Below, one piece after another: positions 18,728 to 28,562 of a DNA stretch of 58,768 nt; the first letter of the stretch is position 1, and every line of letters starts with the position of its first letter. The position numbers and the translations under genes are program-made. The DNA is from a virus. Its lineage: Duplodnaviria > Caudoviricetes. The notes under the pieces are model-generated. The model saw only the letters and a list, made by a program, of their open reading frames with translations. It ran no database searches and was not told the origin of the DNA. The stretch is taken from positions 1-58,768 of IMG/VR virus record IMGVR_UViG_3300023500_000003, one strand, 5' to 3'.

Positions 18728-21184
18728 GTGGGGCTCTTCTTCGAGGCACGTAAAAAGAAAGCGCGAAGTAAGCAAACTGTACCAGCTTCAGTTCTTACTG
18801 CGGGAGGGTGTAAAGTCTGCCCTCTTCGCAGGAAGGACAAGGTTGAGCCACAGGGTCATAAGAACCCTGATGTTTACATCTTGGGACACACGCCGTCTTC
18901 CTCTGATATCGCGTACGGGAAACATTTCGCAGGTGACTCTGCTTCTCTTGTACACCCACTGGTAAGACCAACAAGTGTACGCTTTGGTTTCATCCAAAAG
19001 AGTGCAGGTGAAGCACTTGCTGCCGTTATTTGTTGCAAGAAGCAAGTCATGGAAGACATAGAAAAGTCGAAACCCAAAGTCATCATCGGGTACGGCTGGA
19101 AGGTACTGAGTTGGATGTTACCTACAGCGTCGAACCTTGATGGTTACTGTGGTCGTAGGATCCCTGTAACTATAGGCAGCCACGAGTGCTGGTTTATACC
19201 AACATATGAGCCCTCCTACTTGTTGAAAACGCGTAAAAAGTCAAAAGCAGGAAGGATGTATCCATCTAAGAACGAGGACACGTACAAATGGAACATGCAA
19301 GAAGCACTGAATTTCGCCAAAACCTGTAAGCCACCAAAACTTGTTAACGCCAACGTAAGCGGGATTGTGTCTATCACAGGTAAGAAGGGTCGCGACTTTG
19401 ATAAACTCCACGCACAACTAAAACTACTAGGCGCTGCCCCGGTAGTAGGAGTGGATATAGAAACCACTGGGCTGGCTCCTTACAATTCTGACCAGAAAGT
19501 ACTAACAATCGCAATATCAGACGGCAAGACAACAGTCTCCTTTCCTGTTGACCATCCGAAAGGCTGGGCTACTGAGAAGCTGCAGAAGAAAGTAAGAAAG
19601 TTGCTGTTACAGTATTTACTTCTCCCCCAGGTGAAAGTTTGCCATAACACAGCATTTGAGCTGACGTGGCTGATGTTCAAACTTGGTATGAATAAGCCAG
19701 CAGTTCCTGACCACTGGGACGATACGATGGTTTACGGTTACCTACTTGACGAAAGGAAAGGAATGCTGAATCTCAATACGATGTGTATGGAGCACCTGGG
19801 GTTCTTCTTGAAACAGATGACTACTGTCAACGCGGCTGCGATACTGGACCAGAACTACAATGACGTGCTCGTGTACAATGGTCTCGATGCAAAATACACA
19901 GCCTTACTGCATGCTGTTGTCAAGCGCAAGCTTCCAAAAACCATGAAGGCAGCGCATGCTCGTTTGCTTCGTGCAACAGTCATGATCGCGCAAGTACAAA
20001 ACAATGGCGTCCCTTGCTGCCTTGAAGGACTTGACAGTGTGAGGAAGGAGTTCACAGCGAAAGCAGATAAGCACGAAGCCGCGTTTTTCGACTGCGTTGA
20101 AACTGAAAAGTACAAAAAGAAATACGGAAAGGACTGTAGCATCACAGCGCCTAAGGATGTTCTTAGGATGTTCACAGACGTGATGGGCTTCCCGTTATCC
20201 AGCTCTGACGAAGCTTCCCTCGAGTCTACCAATACAGAAGTAGGGGCTGCTGTAATCGGCCACAGGAAGGCGCAGAAAATCTTGTCTACTTACGTGACGG
20301 GCGTTGCAGACGTTATATACGATGATGGGCTGCTGCATCCAAACTACAGCCTAACACGCACAGCCACCGGTCGCACCTCTTGTGAGCGTTGCAACATGCA
20401 GAACTGGCCCAAGAGGAAAGGAAAACAAGTACGACGATCGATCAAGGTGAATGACGACGAGTGGCTACTTTCTGCTGACTACGGACAGATCGAAGCTCGT
20501 GTGATTGGTATGGCAGCGAAGGACAGAGTCTTCTGCAAAGCGTTGTGGGAGAACTTCGATATACATCTTGAATGGGCGGAGAAGATAGCATACGCGTTCC
20601 CTAGGGTTGTAGGAGGCAAGAAGTTCTTAAAGGACAAAAAAGCCATGGGTGGTTTCAGGTCAAAGATCAAGAATACGTGGGTGTTCCCCCTATTCTTCGG
20701 ATGCCAGCTATACACCGCAGCCAATGGAACAGGCCTTACTGAAGAAGAAGCGGAGCCTTTGTTCAACGAGTTCTGGGCAACCTTCTCCGACACTAAGGAG
20801 TGGCAAGAATCACTGTACAAAGAATACAAGAAGAACATGTATGTAGAAACATTGACAGGCAGACGGCGTAACGGTGTGCTGTCATTGAATGAAGTGGTAA
20901 ACACACCAATACAAGGAACTGCGTCAGATATTGTTGTTAATGCGATGTGCCGTATCTCAGAAGAAACCGACTACAACATCATCATGAACATTCATGACGA
21001 CATCACATCTAGGATACACGAGGACCACATAGATGCGGCAATAGAGGACATCGCAACGATTATGACAAACGCGCCCTTTGACTTCATCAACGTGCCATTA
21101 GCTATTGAAATGGAAGTAGGGAAGGACTGGGCTAACATGGAATCAATAGGAACCTTCACAACAAACCAAGGCTGGATCGACTAG
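18728..21184 (+). CDS. polA: family A DNA polymerase with N-terminal UDG-like domain
   Basis: UDG family-4-like N-terminus (CKVCPL, KPKVIIGYG, PTYEPSYLL); exo motifs DIETTG, HNTAFE, YNGLDA; pol motifs TATGRTS, DYGQIEAR, TLTGRRR, NTPIQGTASD, IHDDI. Confidence 0.93.
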   Translation: MGLFFEARKKKARSKQTVPASVLTAGGCKVCPLRRKDKVEPQGHKNPDVYILGHTPSSSDIAYGKHFAGDSASLVHPLVRPTSVRFGFIQKSAGEALAAVICCKKQVMEDIEKSKPKVIIGYGWKVLSWMLPTASNLDGYCGRRIPVTIGSHECWFIPTYEPSYLLKTRKKSKAGRMYPSKNEDTYKWNMQEALNFAKTCKPPKLVNANVSGIVSITGKKGRDFDKLHAQLKLLGAAPVVGVDIETTGLAPYNSDQKVLTIAISDGKTTVSFPVDHPKGWATEKLQKKVRKLLLQYLLLPQVKVCHNTAFELTWLMFKLGMNKPAVPDHWDDTMVYGYLLDERKGMLNLNTMCMEHLGFFLKQMTTVNAAAILDQNYNDVLVYNGLDAKYTALLHAVVKRKLPKTMKAAHARLLRATVMIAQVQNNGVPCCLEGLDSVRKEFTAKADKHEAAFFDCVETEKYKKKYGKDCSITAPKDVLRMFTDVMGFPLSSSDEASLESTNTEVGAAVIGHRKAQKILSTYVTGVADVIYDDGLLHPNYSLTRTATGRTSCERCNMQNWPKRKGKQVRRSIKVNDDEWLLSADYGQIEARVIGMAAKDRVFCKALWENFDIHLEWAEKIAYAFPRVVGGKKFLKDKKAMGGFRSKIKNTWVFPLFFGCQLYTAANGTGLTEEEAEPLFNEFWATFSDTKEWQESLYKEYKKNMYVETLTGRRRNGVLSLNEVVNTPIQGTASDIVVNAMCRISEETDYNIIMNIHDDITSRIHEDHIDAAIEDIATIMTNAPFDFINVPLAIEMEVGKDWANMESIGTFTTNQGWID

Positions 21185-21206
21185 TCAAAACAAGGGAGAA
21201 CATAAG

Positions 21207-22157
21207 ATGGACAACGCGCCATATCACATAAAGTACAGACCTAAAAAATTCAAACAGTTGCTAGGGCAAGACGCCACAGTAAACTCACTCAGGGGGCTGC
21301 TTAAAGGTGTAACGCCTCACGTGTTCCTGTTCACAGGAGGTGCGGGGTGTGGCAAGACTACGACAGCACGCATCCTGGCATCGGAACTTGGGTGCCTACC
21401 TGCTAACATTATTGAAGTCGATGCTGCTACCCATACAGGCATCGACGCTATGCGCAGCTTAACAGATGGTGTCCGCTACAAAGGGTTCGGGGAGTCGTCA
21501 AAGAAGTTTGTCATTATCGATGAAATCCACGCACTTTCTCGACAGGGATTTTCCTCACTGTTGAAAGATTTGGAAGACACACCAGAACACGTGTACTACG
21601 CGATGTGCACCACTAACCCTGAAAAGATTCCCGCAGCTATTAAGACACGTGCCTTGCATTACATTTTGAATGATGTCAAGCGCGACGACCTGTTTGACTT
21701 GCTAGTGTCAGTTTGTGAGAAAGAAGAACTTGCGCTAGAAGACAAAGAACTCCTGCTTATCGCTAAAGAGTCGAACGGTAGCCCACGGCAGGCCTTGGTG
21801 AACTTGGCCATGTGCAGCTCCTGCGAATCAGTTGACGATATCAAGGCAACGCTACGCTCTGTAGAAGGTGGCGGTGACTTCCTAGCTTTGGCAAAGATCA
21901 TGTCGTCAGGTAAGCCACAAGGCAACGCCGGATACAAGAAGTGCATGAAAATCCTCAGGGGGTTGAGTGACGTGCCTGCCGAGACAATTAGATTGTCGCT
22001 CACTTCTTACCTCACAAAATGTGCCATGGATGAAAACGTAAGGAATGAAGATTGGGTACTGCATGTACTCAGCAATCTTGTGGGAGAGCACTTCAACACG
22101 TCAGAAAAGCTAGCACCGATGATTGTAGCCTTGGCCGATATATACTTGGCTGAATAA
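21207..22157 (+). CDS. dnaX: clamp loader AAA+ (DnaX gamma/tau-like)
   Basis: KYRPKKF..LLGQ, GGAGCGKTTTARI, IEVDAA, IIDEIH, GSPRQAL. Confidence 0.9.
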   Translation: MDNAPYHIKYRPKKFKQLLGQDATVNSLRGLLKGVTPHVFLFTGGAGCGKTTTARILASELGCLPANIIEVDAATHTGIDAMRSLTDGVRYKGFGESSKKFVIIDEIHALSRQGFSSLLKDLEDTPEHVYYAMCTTNPEKIPAAIKTRALHYILNDVKRDDLFDLLVSVCEKEELALEDKELLLIAKESNGSPRQALVNLAMCSSCESVDDIKATLRSVEGGGDFLALAKIMSSGKPQGNAGYKKCMKILRGLSDVPAETIRLSLTSYLTKCAMDENVRNEDWVLHVLSNLVGEHFNTSEKLAPMIVALADIYLAE

Positions 22158-22161
22158 GCAA

Positions 22162-22184
22162 GAATGCACCATCTACCCGTATGT
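22162..22184 (+). promoter_or_regulatory. phage promoter-like motif
   Basis: GAATG-CACCATCTACC-CGTATGT, upstream of HU gene. Confidence 0.5.
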
Positions 22185-22228
22185 ATAAAAAGAAGTAAAC
22201 TAAGGTTTACATAAAAAGGAGTAACACG

Positions 22229-22495
22229 ATGGCAAATCAAGTACGAGAACAAGTAATCAAGGCAGTTGCAGTAGACGCTGGAATTACCCAAGAAGAAGCA
22301 AAGGTGGCGGTAAGAGCTACATTGTCTGCTATCAAAGACAATCTGGTCACTGCTGGCGACGCATTCCGAGGCACACCACTTGGGACTTTCAAGGTTGTGC
22401 ATCGCCCTTCACGTCAAGCCCGAAACCCCGCAACAGGTGAAACCATAATGACTGCACCTAAAGACGCCATTAAATTCACACAGAGCGTATCATGA
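22229..22495 (+). CDS. HU/IHF-family DNA-binding protein
   Basis: LGTFKVVHRPSRQARNPATGETI..IKF. Confidence 0.92.
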   Translation: MANQVREQVIKAVAVDAGITQEEAKVAVRATLSAIKDNLVTAGDAFRGTPLGTFKVVHRPSRQARNPATGETIMTAPKDAIKFTQSVS

Positions 22496-22998
22496 CAGCC
22501 TCTCCCGAGCAGTTCGCTGCTGACTTTTTACTCATTAACCAAAGTGACTTGAGTATGGAGGTGGTACGGCATTCATCTTTGTACTTCGAAGCTGCAAAAA
22601 ATCAAGCGCTCGCGAATAGCAGCGTTGACTATATGAAAGCTAAATTTGAAAAGACAGGCGCCACAGTGACAGAACGTACGCGTGTATCATTTGCTGCTCG
22701 TGGAGAGAAAATTACAGAAACGCGGCTTAGCAGCTTGGTACTGCTAGATGCTGAGTACATCCGCGCACACACGGAGCTGCTGGCTGCCAAAAAAGAAGCA
22801 GCAGTATGGCAAGCAACCAAAGACAGTTTCATGTCACGCGGTTTCATGCTCCGAGACTTGTGTAACCTTACGCTGTCTGAATACTCAGCGCAGACGTCAG
22901 TACGTGATGTCAAAACAGAAGAAGGCGACCCTAACCGCAAGGCCCTGGCGCGCACACGAAGAGCAATCAAACGACGAGAGGTGAACAACGATGAGTAA
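22492..22998 (+). CDS. uvsY: UvsY-like recombination mediator
   Basis: L.IN..DLS.E...H..LY; KITE..L...V..D.EY; R..ML; adjacent to SSB and RecA. Confidence 0.6.
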   Translation: MTASPEQFAADFLLINQSDLSMEVVRHSSLYFEAAKNQALANSSVDYMKAKFEKTGATVTERTRVSFAARGEKITETRLSSLVLLDAEYIRAHTELLAAKKEAAVWQATKDSFMSRGFMLRDLCNLTLSEYSAQTSVRDVKTEEGDPNRKALARTRRAIKRREVNNDE

Positions 22999-24013
22999 GA
23001 AAAAATTCAAGTACAAGAAACGTGACGATTCAACGATCAAGAAGCGCGCTGCCCAAACAGGATTCGCTGCTTCTGATGGGTACATCAGCGATGAAGTAAC
23101 CCTGTTTACACCACATGACGGCGACAATCTGCTACGTGTCATACCACCAACATGGGAAAACGCTGACCACTATGGTATGGACCTATTCGTACATTACGGA
23201 ATTGGCCCTGACCGTGCTTCCTACTTATGCTTGGATGCGCACAAAAACGAAGCTTGTCCTGTATGTGACGCCCGTAACGCAGCGGAAGCTGAAGGTGACG
23301 AAGAACTAGTGAAAGAGCTCAGGGCTACCAAACGCGTAGCTTTCTACTTACTTGATCGCGATGCTGAGAAGGACGGTATTTTGCTCTGGGCAGCTCCTTG
23401 GACTATCGATCGTGATCTGTGTCAACTATGCACTGACAAGCGCACTGGCGAGTCCTATCCATTGGACGACCCCGAAGATGGATATGACTTTGAATTTACG
23501 CGCACAGGGAAAGGCATCGGTACTAAGTACTCGGGCATTCAGATCGGTAGGAATCCTTGTGAGCTCGACAATGAGGAAGCGATGGACTTCGCAGTTGCTA
23601 ACCCTATCCCCGAAATGCTGAAGTTCTACGATTACGATCACATTAAAGAAGTGGTGGCTCGTACTCCAACACCTGCAGCATCAGAAGAAGAAGAGGAAGC
23701 GCCCCGCAGCAGGAAGTTGTCTCGCAAGAAACGTGATGACGAGCCACGCAGTCGTAAACGCAAGAAGGCGGAACAAGAGGAAGAGGAGCAAGAGGACGAC
23801 TCTGCGCAGGACAGCAAGGACTTGACGTATGCTGAAGTATTCGAGCTATCTGAAGATGAACTGGTTGAGCTTATAGAAGAGCGCGACCTTGACATTGATG
23901 ACGACTTGGCTGATGACGAGTTGGCTGAGGCCGTATGCGATGAACTGGGCATTGAAAAGCCTGCGCGCAAATCACGTATGGATCGCCTGCGCGACAAGAA
24001 GAAGAAGAAGTAG
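22991..24013 (+). CDS. gp32-like single-stranded DNA-binding protein
   Basis: G.N..RVIPP, HY, C..CPVC, DPEDGYD..TR.GKG..TKY; long acidic C-terminal region. Confidence 0.75.
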   Translation: MSKKKFKYKKRDDSTIKKRAAQTGFAASDGYISDEVTLFTPHDGDNLLRVIPPTWENADHYGMDLFVHYGIGPDRASYLCLDAHKNEACPVCDARNAAEAEGDEELVKELRATKRVAFYLLDRDAEKDGILLWAAPWTIDRDLCQLCTDKRTGESYPLDDPEDGYDFEFTRTGKGIGTKYSGIQIGRNPCELDNEEAMDFAVANPIPEMLKFYDYDHIKEVVARTPTPAASEEEEEAPRSRKLSRKKRDDEPRSRKRKKAEQEEEEQEDDSAQDSKDLTYAEVFELSEDELVELIEERDLDIDDDLADDELAEAVCDELGIEKPARKSRMDRLRDKKKKK

Positions 24014-24024
24014 TACAGCAGTGA

Positions 24025-24052
24025 TGTAGGGCCTGCTTGCGCGGGTCCTACA
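24025..24052 (+). other. GC-rich hairpin between ssb and recA
   Basis: TGTAGGGCCTGC-TTGC-GCGGGTCCTACA; no U-tract. Confidence 0.55.
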
Positions 24053-24091
24053 ATCAGCTGTCCAACACTAATTGAGCAAGGGGGTAATATT

Positions 24092-25135
24092 TTGCGAACA
24101 AAGATCGAACATGAAGACGGCGCACAGGGGTCATACTTCACAGGAAAGAAAGACGTAGCGTTATTTTCGTCGGGGTGTACAGTACTTGATGAGGCGCTAG
24201 GGGGTGGCTTCCCCGAAGGCAGGATGTCCAACATTATTGGATTCCAAGCCAGCGGTAAGAGCTTACTTGCTGTTGAAGCACTAGCGAACTTCAAGGCTAA
24301 ACATGCAAAGGGACAGATATTCTACGTTGAATCTGAATCAGCATTTGATAAAGGCTACGCTGAAGCATTAGGCATTCCTATAGAATCCGTTGTTTTCGCA
24401 AGCGACAATGATCTGGGTGTAGATGACGCTACTGAAACAGTAGAAGGTCTTTTCGAGTACATCAATATCATCACCGAAGATAACATGAAGGCAAAAGTAC
24501 CTACACTCATCATTGTAGACTCCTTGGACGCTTTCTCAGATCGAGAAGAGAAAGCTCGCGACATCGACAAAGGATCATTCGGGGCCAATAAAGCCAAGAA
24601 GATGTCTGAGCTCTTTCGTAGAAACGTCACTGCATTTGAGCGTGCCTGCATTACACTGATTATCGTTAGTCAGGTGCGCGATAACATTGGTGTGACCTTT
24701 GGTAAGAAGACTACAAGGTCTGGAGGCAGAGCATTAGACTTCTATGCTTCAATCATTATGGAACTTGTTGAAGTAGGAAAGATTAAGAAAGTCAGTAGGG
24801 AAGTTGAACGCGTTATCGGCGTCAAGGTAAAGTGCAAGATCACTAAGAATAAAGTTGGGTTGCCATTCCGAGAAGCTGCCTACCCTATATACTTTGGCTA
24901 CGGGATTGACGACGTTGCTGCGTGTGCCACATGGCTCAAGACAGTCAAGTGCTTCCCTTTCAAAGAACTAGGGGTAAAAGACACAGCTATCGGGATGAAC
25001 AGCTTTATCAACAAGACTCGCGATCTGCAAGACAACACGGAACACAAGAGGGTCACTGACTTGTTGATAGCAACAGTCCGAACTGAATGGCGCAAGATAG
25101 AAGAAGGGTTCCTACCGAAGCGGAGAAAATACTAA
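24092..25135 (+). CDS. recA: RecA/UvsX recombinase
   Basis: SSGC..LD.ALGGGFPEGR, GFQASGKS, IVDSL, SQVRDNIGVTFG...SGGRALDFYAS, KNKVG.PFR. Confidence 0.95.
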   Translation: MRTKIEHEDGAQGSYFTGKKDVALFSSGCTVLDEALGGGFPEGRMSNIIGFQASGKSLLAVEALANFKAKHAKGQIFYVESESAFDKGYAEALGIPIESVVFASDNDLGVDDATETVEGLFEYINIITEDNMKAKVPTLIIVDSLDAFSDREEKARDIDKGSFGANKAKKMSELFRRNVTAFERACITLIIVSQVRDNIGVTFGKKTTRSGGRALDFYASIIMELVEVGKIKKVSREVERVIGVKVKCKITKNKVGLPFREAAYPIYFGYGIDDVAACATWLKTVKCFPFKELGVKDTAIGMNSFINKTRDLQDNTEHKRVTDLLIATVRTEWRKIEEGFLPKRRKY

Positions 25136-25729
25136 GTGAAATCTGGTGGGTCGAAAGCCAAAGGTGCTGAATTTGAACGGTTGATCTGCAAAAAACTGTC
25201 CAAGTGGATAACTGGTGGAGAAAGAGACGACGTGCTGTGGCGGTCAGCTATGAGTGGTGGCCGTGCTACAGTGCAGATCAAGAAAGGCATGAAAGCTGAA
25301 GCGCACGCAGGAGACATCAGCTCTACACACTGGCTAGGCTCTTTCTTGACAGAAACATTCAGCTTGGAATTGAAAGCGTACGCGGACCTTGGCTACACTT
25401 CTAGTATGACCAAAAGGAAAGGGGCACTCATCACATTCTGGGGTCAAACAGTGCGTGATGCCAGTTTGAACAACAAGCTCCCGATGCTTATCGCCAAACA
25501 AAATCGACAGCCAACAGTGATTGCATTATCACGAGAAGGGGTGAAAGTAATGCAGCTTGCGGAGTACCCGCTGCTAGCGCCTTTAGGAAGTTTGAATCCT
25601 GAAGTACTCCCACGTATGTATCTGTACAACTTGGAAGAATTTATAGAGGCAACAGACCCTACAGTTCTTGAATTAGCGTGTGGTCACAAAATTACAAAGT
25701 CAAGGAGCCCGATATGCCTACCATCATAG
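25136..25729 (+). CDS. Holliday junction resolvase (PD-(D/E)xK, Hjc-like)
   Basis: SKAKGAEFER..CK.LS.W, R..MSGG, GDI, LELK. Confidence 0.8.
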   Translation: MKSGGSKAKGAEFERLICKKLSKWITGGERDDVLWRSAMSGGRATVQIKKGMKAEAHAGDISSTHWLGSFLTETFSLELKAYADLGYTSSMTKRKGALITFWGQTVRDASLNNKLPMLIAKQNRQPTVIALSREGVKVMQLAEYPLLAPLGSLNPEVLPRMYLYNLEEFIEATDPTVLELACGHKITKSRSPICLPS

Positions 25730-26721
25730 CAAGTGACCTGCACCTGGTCTGCACCAAAAATGAAGAGTACAGGTGGGGAGTGTTCAGTGCTATCAAAGAC
25801 GCTGTAGTAAAACACGGCGCCACGAGATTGCTCCTGCTGGGAGATTACACAGATTACAAGGATAGACACCCTGCTGAGCTTTTAAATAAGTTTGTCGCGG
25901 AACTGCGTGGTCTCACGGCTATTGTTGATATTGATGTGCTCTGTGGTAATCATGATTTCACAGTTGACCCGAAAAACGCTTTTCTTAAGTGTGTTGACGA
26001 GATGCAAGCAGTAAGGTGGATCGACACTATCACGGAAGACACTATTGAGGGCATGGACACGCTGTGGTTACCGTTTTCACGTCAGCCCAATTTGGATTGG
26101 AAGGACATCGACTTCTCGAAGTACCAGCTTGTACTTATGCATCAGACAGTAGTGGGGTCAAAAGCGTCTGACTCGTATGAATGCACTAGCGGGCTAGATC
26201 CTGCAGTGTTTTCCGCCCTCAATGGCAAAGTGTTGGCAGGGGACATACACGTCCCGCAGAAGGTAGGGAAAGTGGAGTATATAGGAGCACCTACTCGGTT
26301 ACGCTACGGTGACAGCTACACCCCACGGATCGTACTGCTCGATGGCCAGGAAATTATCACCATTGCAACGGACTGTGCGCTGAAGCATAAGCTAGAAATC
26401 AACTGCGGTGAGGTCCTACCAACCTTCACTAAAGGCGACATGGTTAAGGTAGTAGTTAACCTAACGTCAGTTGACTATGGCGAGTGGGCAGAAGAGAAGA
26501 CACGGATAACTTCTGAATTTGCGAAGCAATGTGTGTATGTAGAATCCATAGCAGCGCGAAGGAAAGTTCGTAGTCGTATAAAGAAAACGACGCAGGGCAT
26601 TACTGTTACATCCTTTACTGACGTACTGAAACGGTACGCAGAGAAGGAACAACTTAGTGAAGAGCTAGTTGACGTAGGAAGAGAAATAGCACTAAACAAG
26701 CAGGAGTCAGCAGATGTATAA
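25714..26721 (+). CDS. sbcD: SbcD/Mre11-like nuclease (gp47-like)
   Basis: SDLH, LGDYTD, GNHD, HQ, GDIH metallophosphoesterase motifs; AAGGAG RBS. Confidence 0.9.
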   Translation: MPTIIASDLHLVCTKNEEYRWGVFSAIKDAVVKHGATRLLLLGDYTDYKDRHPAELLNKFVAELRGLTAIVDIDVLCGNHDFTVDPKNAFLKCVDEMQAVRWIDTITEDTIEGMDTLWLPFSRQPNLDWKDIDFSKYQLVLMHQTVVGSKASDSYECTSGLDPAVFSALNGKVLAGDIHVPQKVGKVEYIGAPTRLRYGDSYTPRIVLLDGQEIITIATDCALKHKLEINCGEVLPTFTKGDMVKVVVNLTSVDYGEWAEEKTRITSEFAKQCVYVESIAARRKVRSRIKKTTQGITVTSFTDVLKRYAEKEQLSEELVDVGREIALNKQESADV

Positions 26722-26812
26722 GATAAGTGAATCGTTCCAGTTTTGTTACGGACACAGAGTTTCTAGTGTCACGTGGTCAGAAACACCTAAGACCTCAGCG
26801 GTGTACAGCTAA
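26714..26812 (+). pseudogene. queD: internally deleted QueD/PTPS relic (32 aa)
   Basis: MYKISESFQFCYGHRV (QueD-like N-terminus) joined directly to SSVTWSETPKTSAVYS (QueD-like C-terminus); AGGAG RBS. Confidence 0.65.
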
Positions 26813-26813
26813 T

Positions 26814-28562
26814 ATGAAACTTGTGTCAGTAACATTACAGGGATTTCGGTCATTCCAACAGGAGCAAGTATTCGACTTCACTTCACCTCATGGTGTCAAC
26901 GCGATAACAGGAGTAAATTCTGTAGACAAAGAGTTAGAAGCTAATGGTGCAGGAAAATCTACAATACTTGAAGCTGTGTGCTGGTGTCTGTATGGGAAGA
27001 CAAGTACAGGTGTACGGTCGCCTGCATTACACAACTGGGAAGGTAAGGAGAAGCTGCGGGTAACGGTCCTTGTGATAGTGGGAGGAGAGCAACATGCTAT
27101 ATACAGGTCTTGGTCACCTAACAAGCTAACACTTGATGGGTCTCCTGTAGAACAGGATAAGGTAGACCAAGTGCTACGTCTACACTTAGAAGCTTTCCAA
27201 TTGGTTGTGTACAATAGTCAATTAGGAAACACATTCTTCGATTTGACACCAACAGAGAAGCTTCGAGTTTTCACTGCTGCCCTCAGTCTAGAGAAATGGT
27301 CAACCTACAGCGCAAAGGCTTCTTCGCTGTCTTCATCATACAGAGAAAAGTATTCAATTCTGCAAAATACAGTAACCGCTAGCATCGCAAGGCTTTCCGA
27401 GCTAGAAGACCAATCGTTCCTAAGCGACATGAAGGACTGGGACACGCAGGAGGCCCTTGCCGTGTCAAGGCTCACACTTGACCTCGCTGACATCAAGGAT
27501 CACGCTGCTAGTATAGTTGTAGGAGATCTGCAAACTGCGGTAACGAAAGACGCGTCGAAAGCTGATAGGAAGCTTGCAGACTCCGCAAGCGCAGTAAGCG
27601 ACGTGAAAGCAGACATTCGACATGTGGCACGTGATGCTGCCGCTTTAACAAAAGGCCCTGCAAACTGCAGAACGTGTGGTGCGAAGCTGAAACAGAAGGA
27701 CGTTTCACAGCAGAAAGAGGAGCTCGCTGAAGAACAGCAAGTACTTCAACAGGAGTTGGTCGTAGCTTTGAAGAGCAAGGAAAAGTATGCTGGAAAAGTA
27801 GCAGTAATCAGAGAAGCGAACACTGTGGCACGTGAAGGCGTAGCTGCCCACAATGCTAATGTCTCGGCAAGGGCACGTGAGCTGAAGGAGCTCGAGGCCT
27901 CTGCATACAGAACAGAAACAAGGCTAAACACACGAAGCTCTAATCCATTCACACCAAAGCAGAAAGCACTAGAAGCCCGTCGGGAGGCTGTTGCTAGTAG
28001 CATACAGGAAGCGCAGGAAGACGTAGCAGATATGCAAGTAAACCTGGAAAGCACAGAATACTGGGTGAAAGGGTTCAAGAATATTCAGCTGTTCCTCGTG
28101 GATGAAGCATTGTTACAGCTAGAAGTAGAAGTCAATGCTGCAGTCGAGGCCTTAGGGCTGAAAGGCTGGCGAATCTCCTTTGCAGTAGAACGGGAGACAC
28201 TTTCAAAAACCATCACCAAAGGGTTTTCAGTGCTTATACACAGCCCTCACAATGAGAAACCCGTACCGTGGGAGTCCTGGTCAGGTGGAGAAATGCAACG
28301 ACTCAGACTTGCAGGAAGTTTCGGCGTGTCAAGTCTGCTGGCTTCAAGATTCGGGGCTACAGTAGAAACAGAGTTGTATGACGAACCTACAGCGCACTTA
28401 ACAGAGGGAGGCGTTCTAAGTTTGCTAACGCATTTGAAAGAGCGCGCTATCGACCAGAAGAAATCAATATGGGTGGTGAGTCATATGCAGACTGACTTCG
28501 GCGGATTCACGTCAACTGCGGAGATATCAAAGACTCCCGATGGCTCTAGGGTGCTACAGTGA
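26814..28562 (+). CDS. sbcC: SbcC/Rad50-like ATPase (gp46-like)
   Basis: GFRSF, NGAGKST, CRTC zinc hook within coiled coil, SGGE signature, YDEP, SH. Confidence 0.92.
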   Translation: MKLVSVTLQGFRSFQQEQVFDFTSPHGVNAITGVNSVDKELEANGAGKSTILEAVCWCLYGKTSTGVRSPALHNWEGKEKLRVTVLVIVGGEQHAIYRSWSPNKLTLDGSPVEQDKVDQVLRLHLEAFQLVVYNSQLGNTFFDLTPTEKLRVFTAALSLEKWSTYSAKASSLSSSYREKYSILQNTVTASIARLSELEDQSFLSDMKDWDTQEALAVSRLTLDLADIKDHAASIVVGDLQTAVTKDASKADRKLADSASAVSDVKADIRHVARDAAALTKGPANCRTCGAKLKQKDVSQQKEELAEEQQVLQQELVVALKSKEKYAGKVAVIREANTVAREGVAAHNANVSARARELKELEASAYRTETRLNTRSSNPFTPKQKALEARREAVASSIQEAQEDVADMQVNLESTEYWVKGFKNIQLFLVDEALLQLEVEVNAAVEALGLKGWRISFAVERETLSKTITKGFSVLIHSPHNEKPVPWESWSGGEMQRLRLAGSFGVSSLLASRFGATVETELYDEPTAHLTEGGVLSLLTHLKERAIDQKKSIWVVSHMQTDFGGFTSTAEISKTPDGSRVLQ

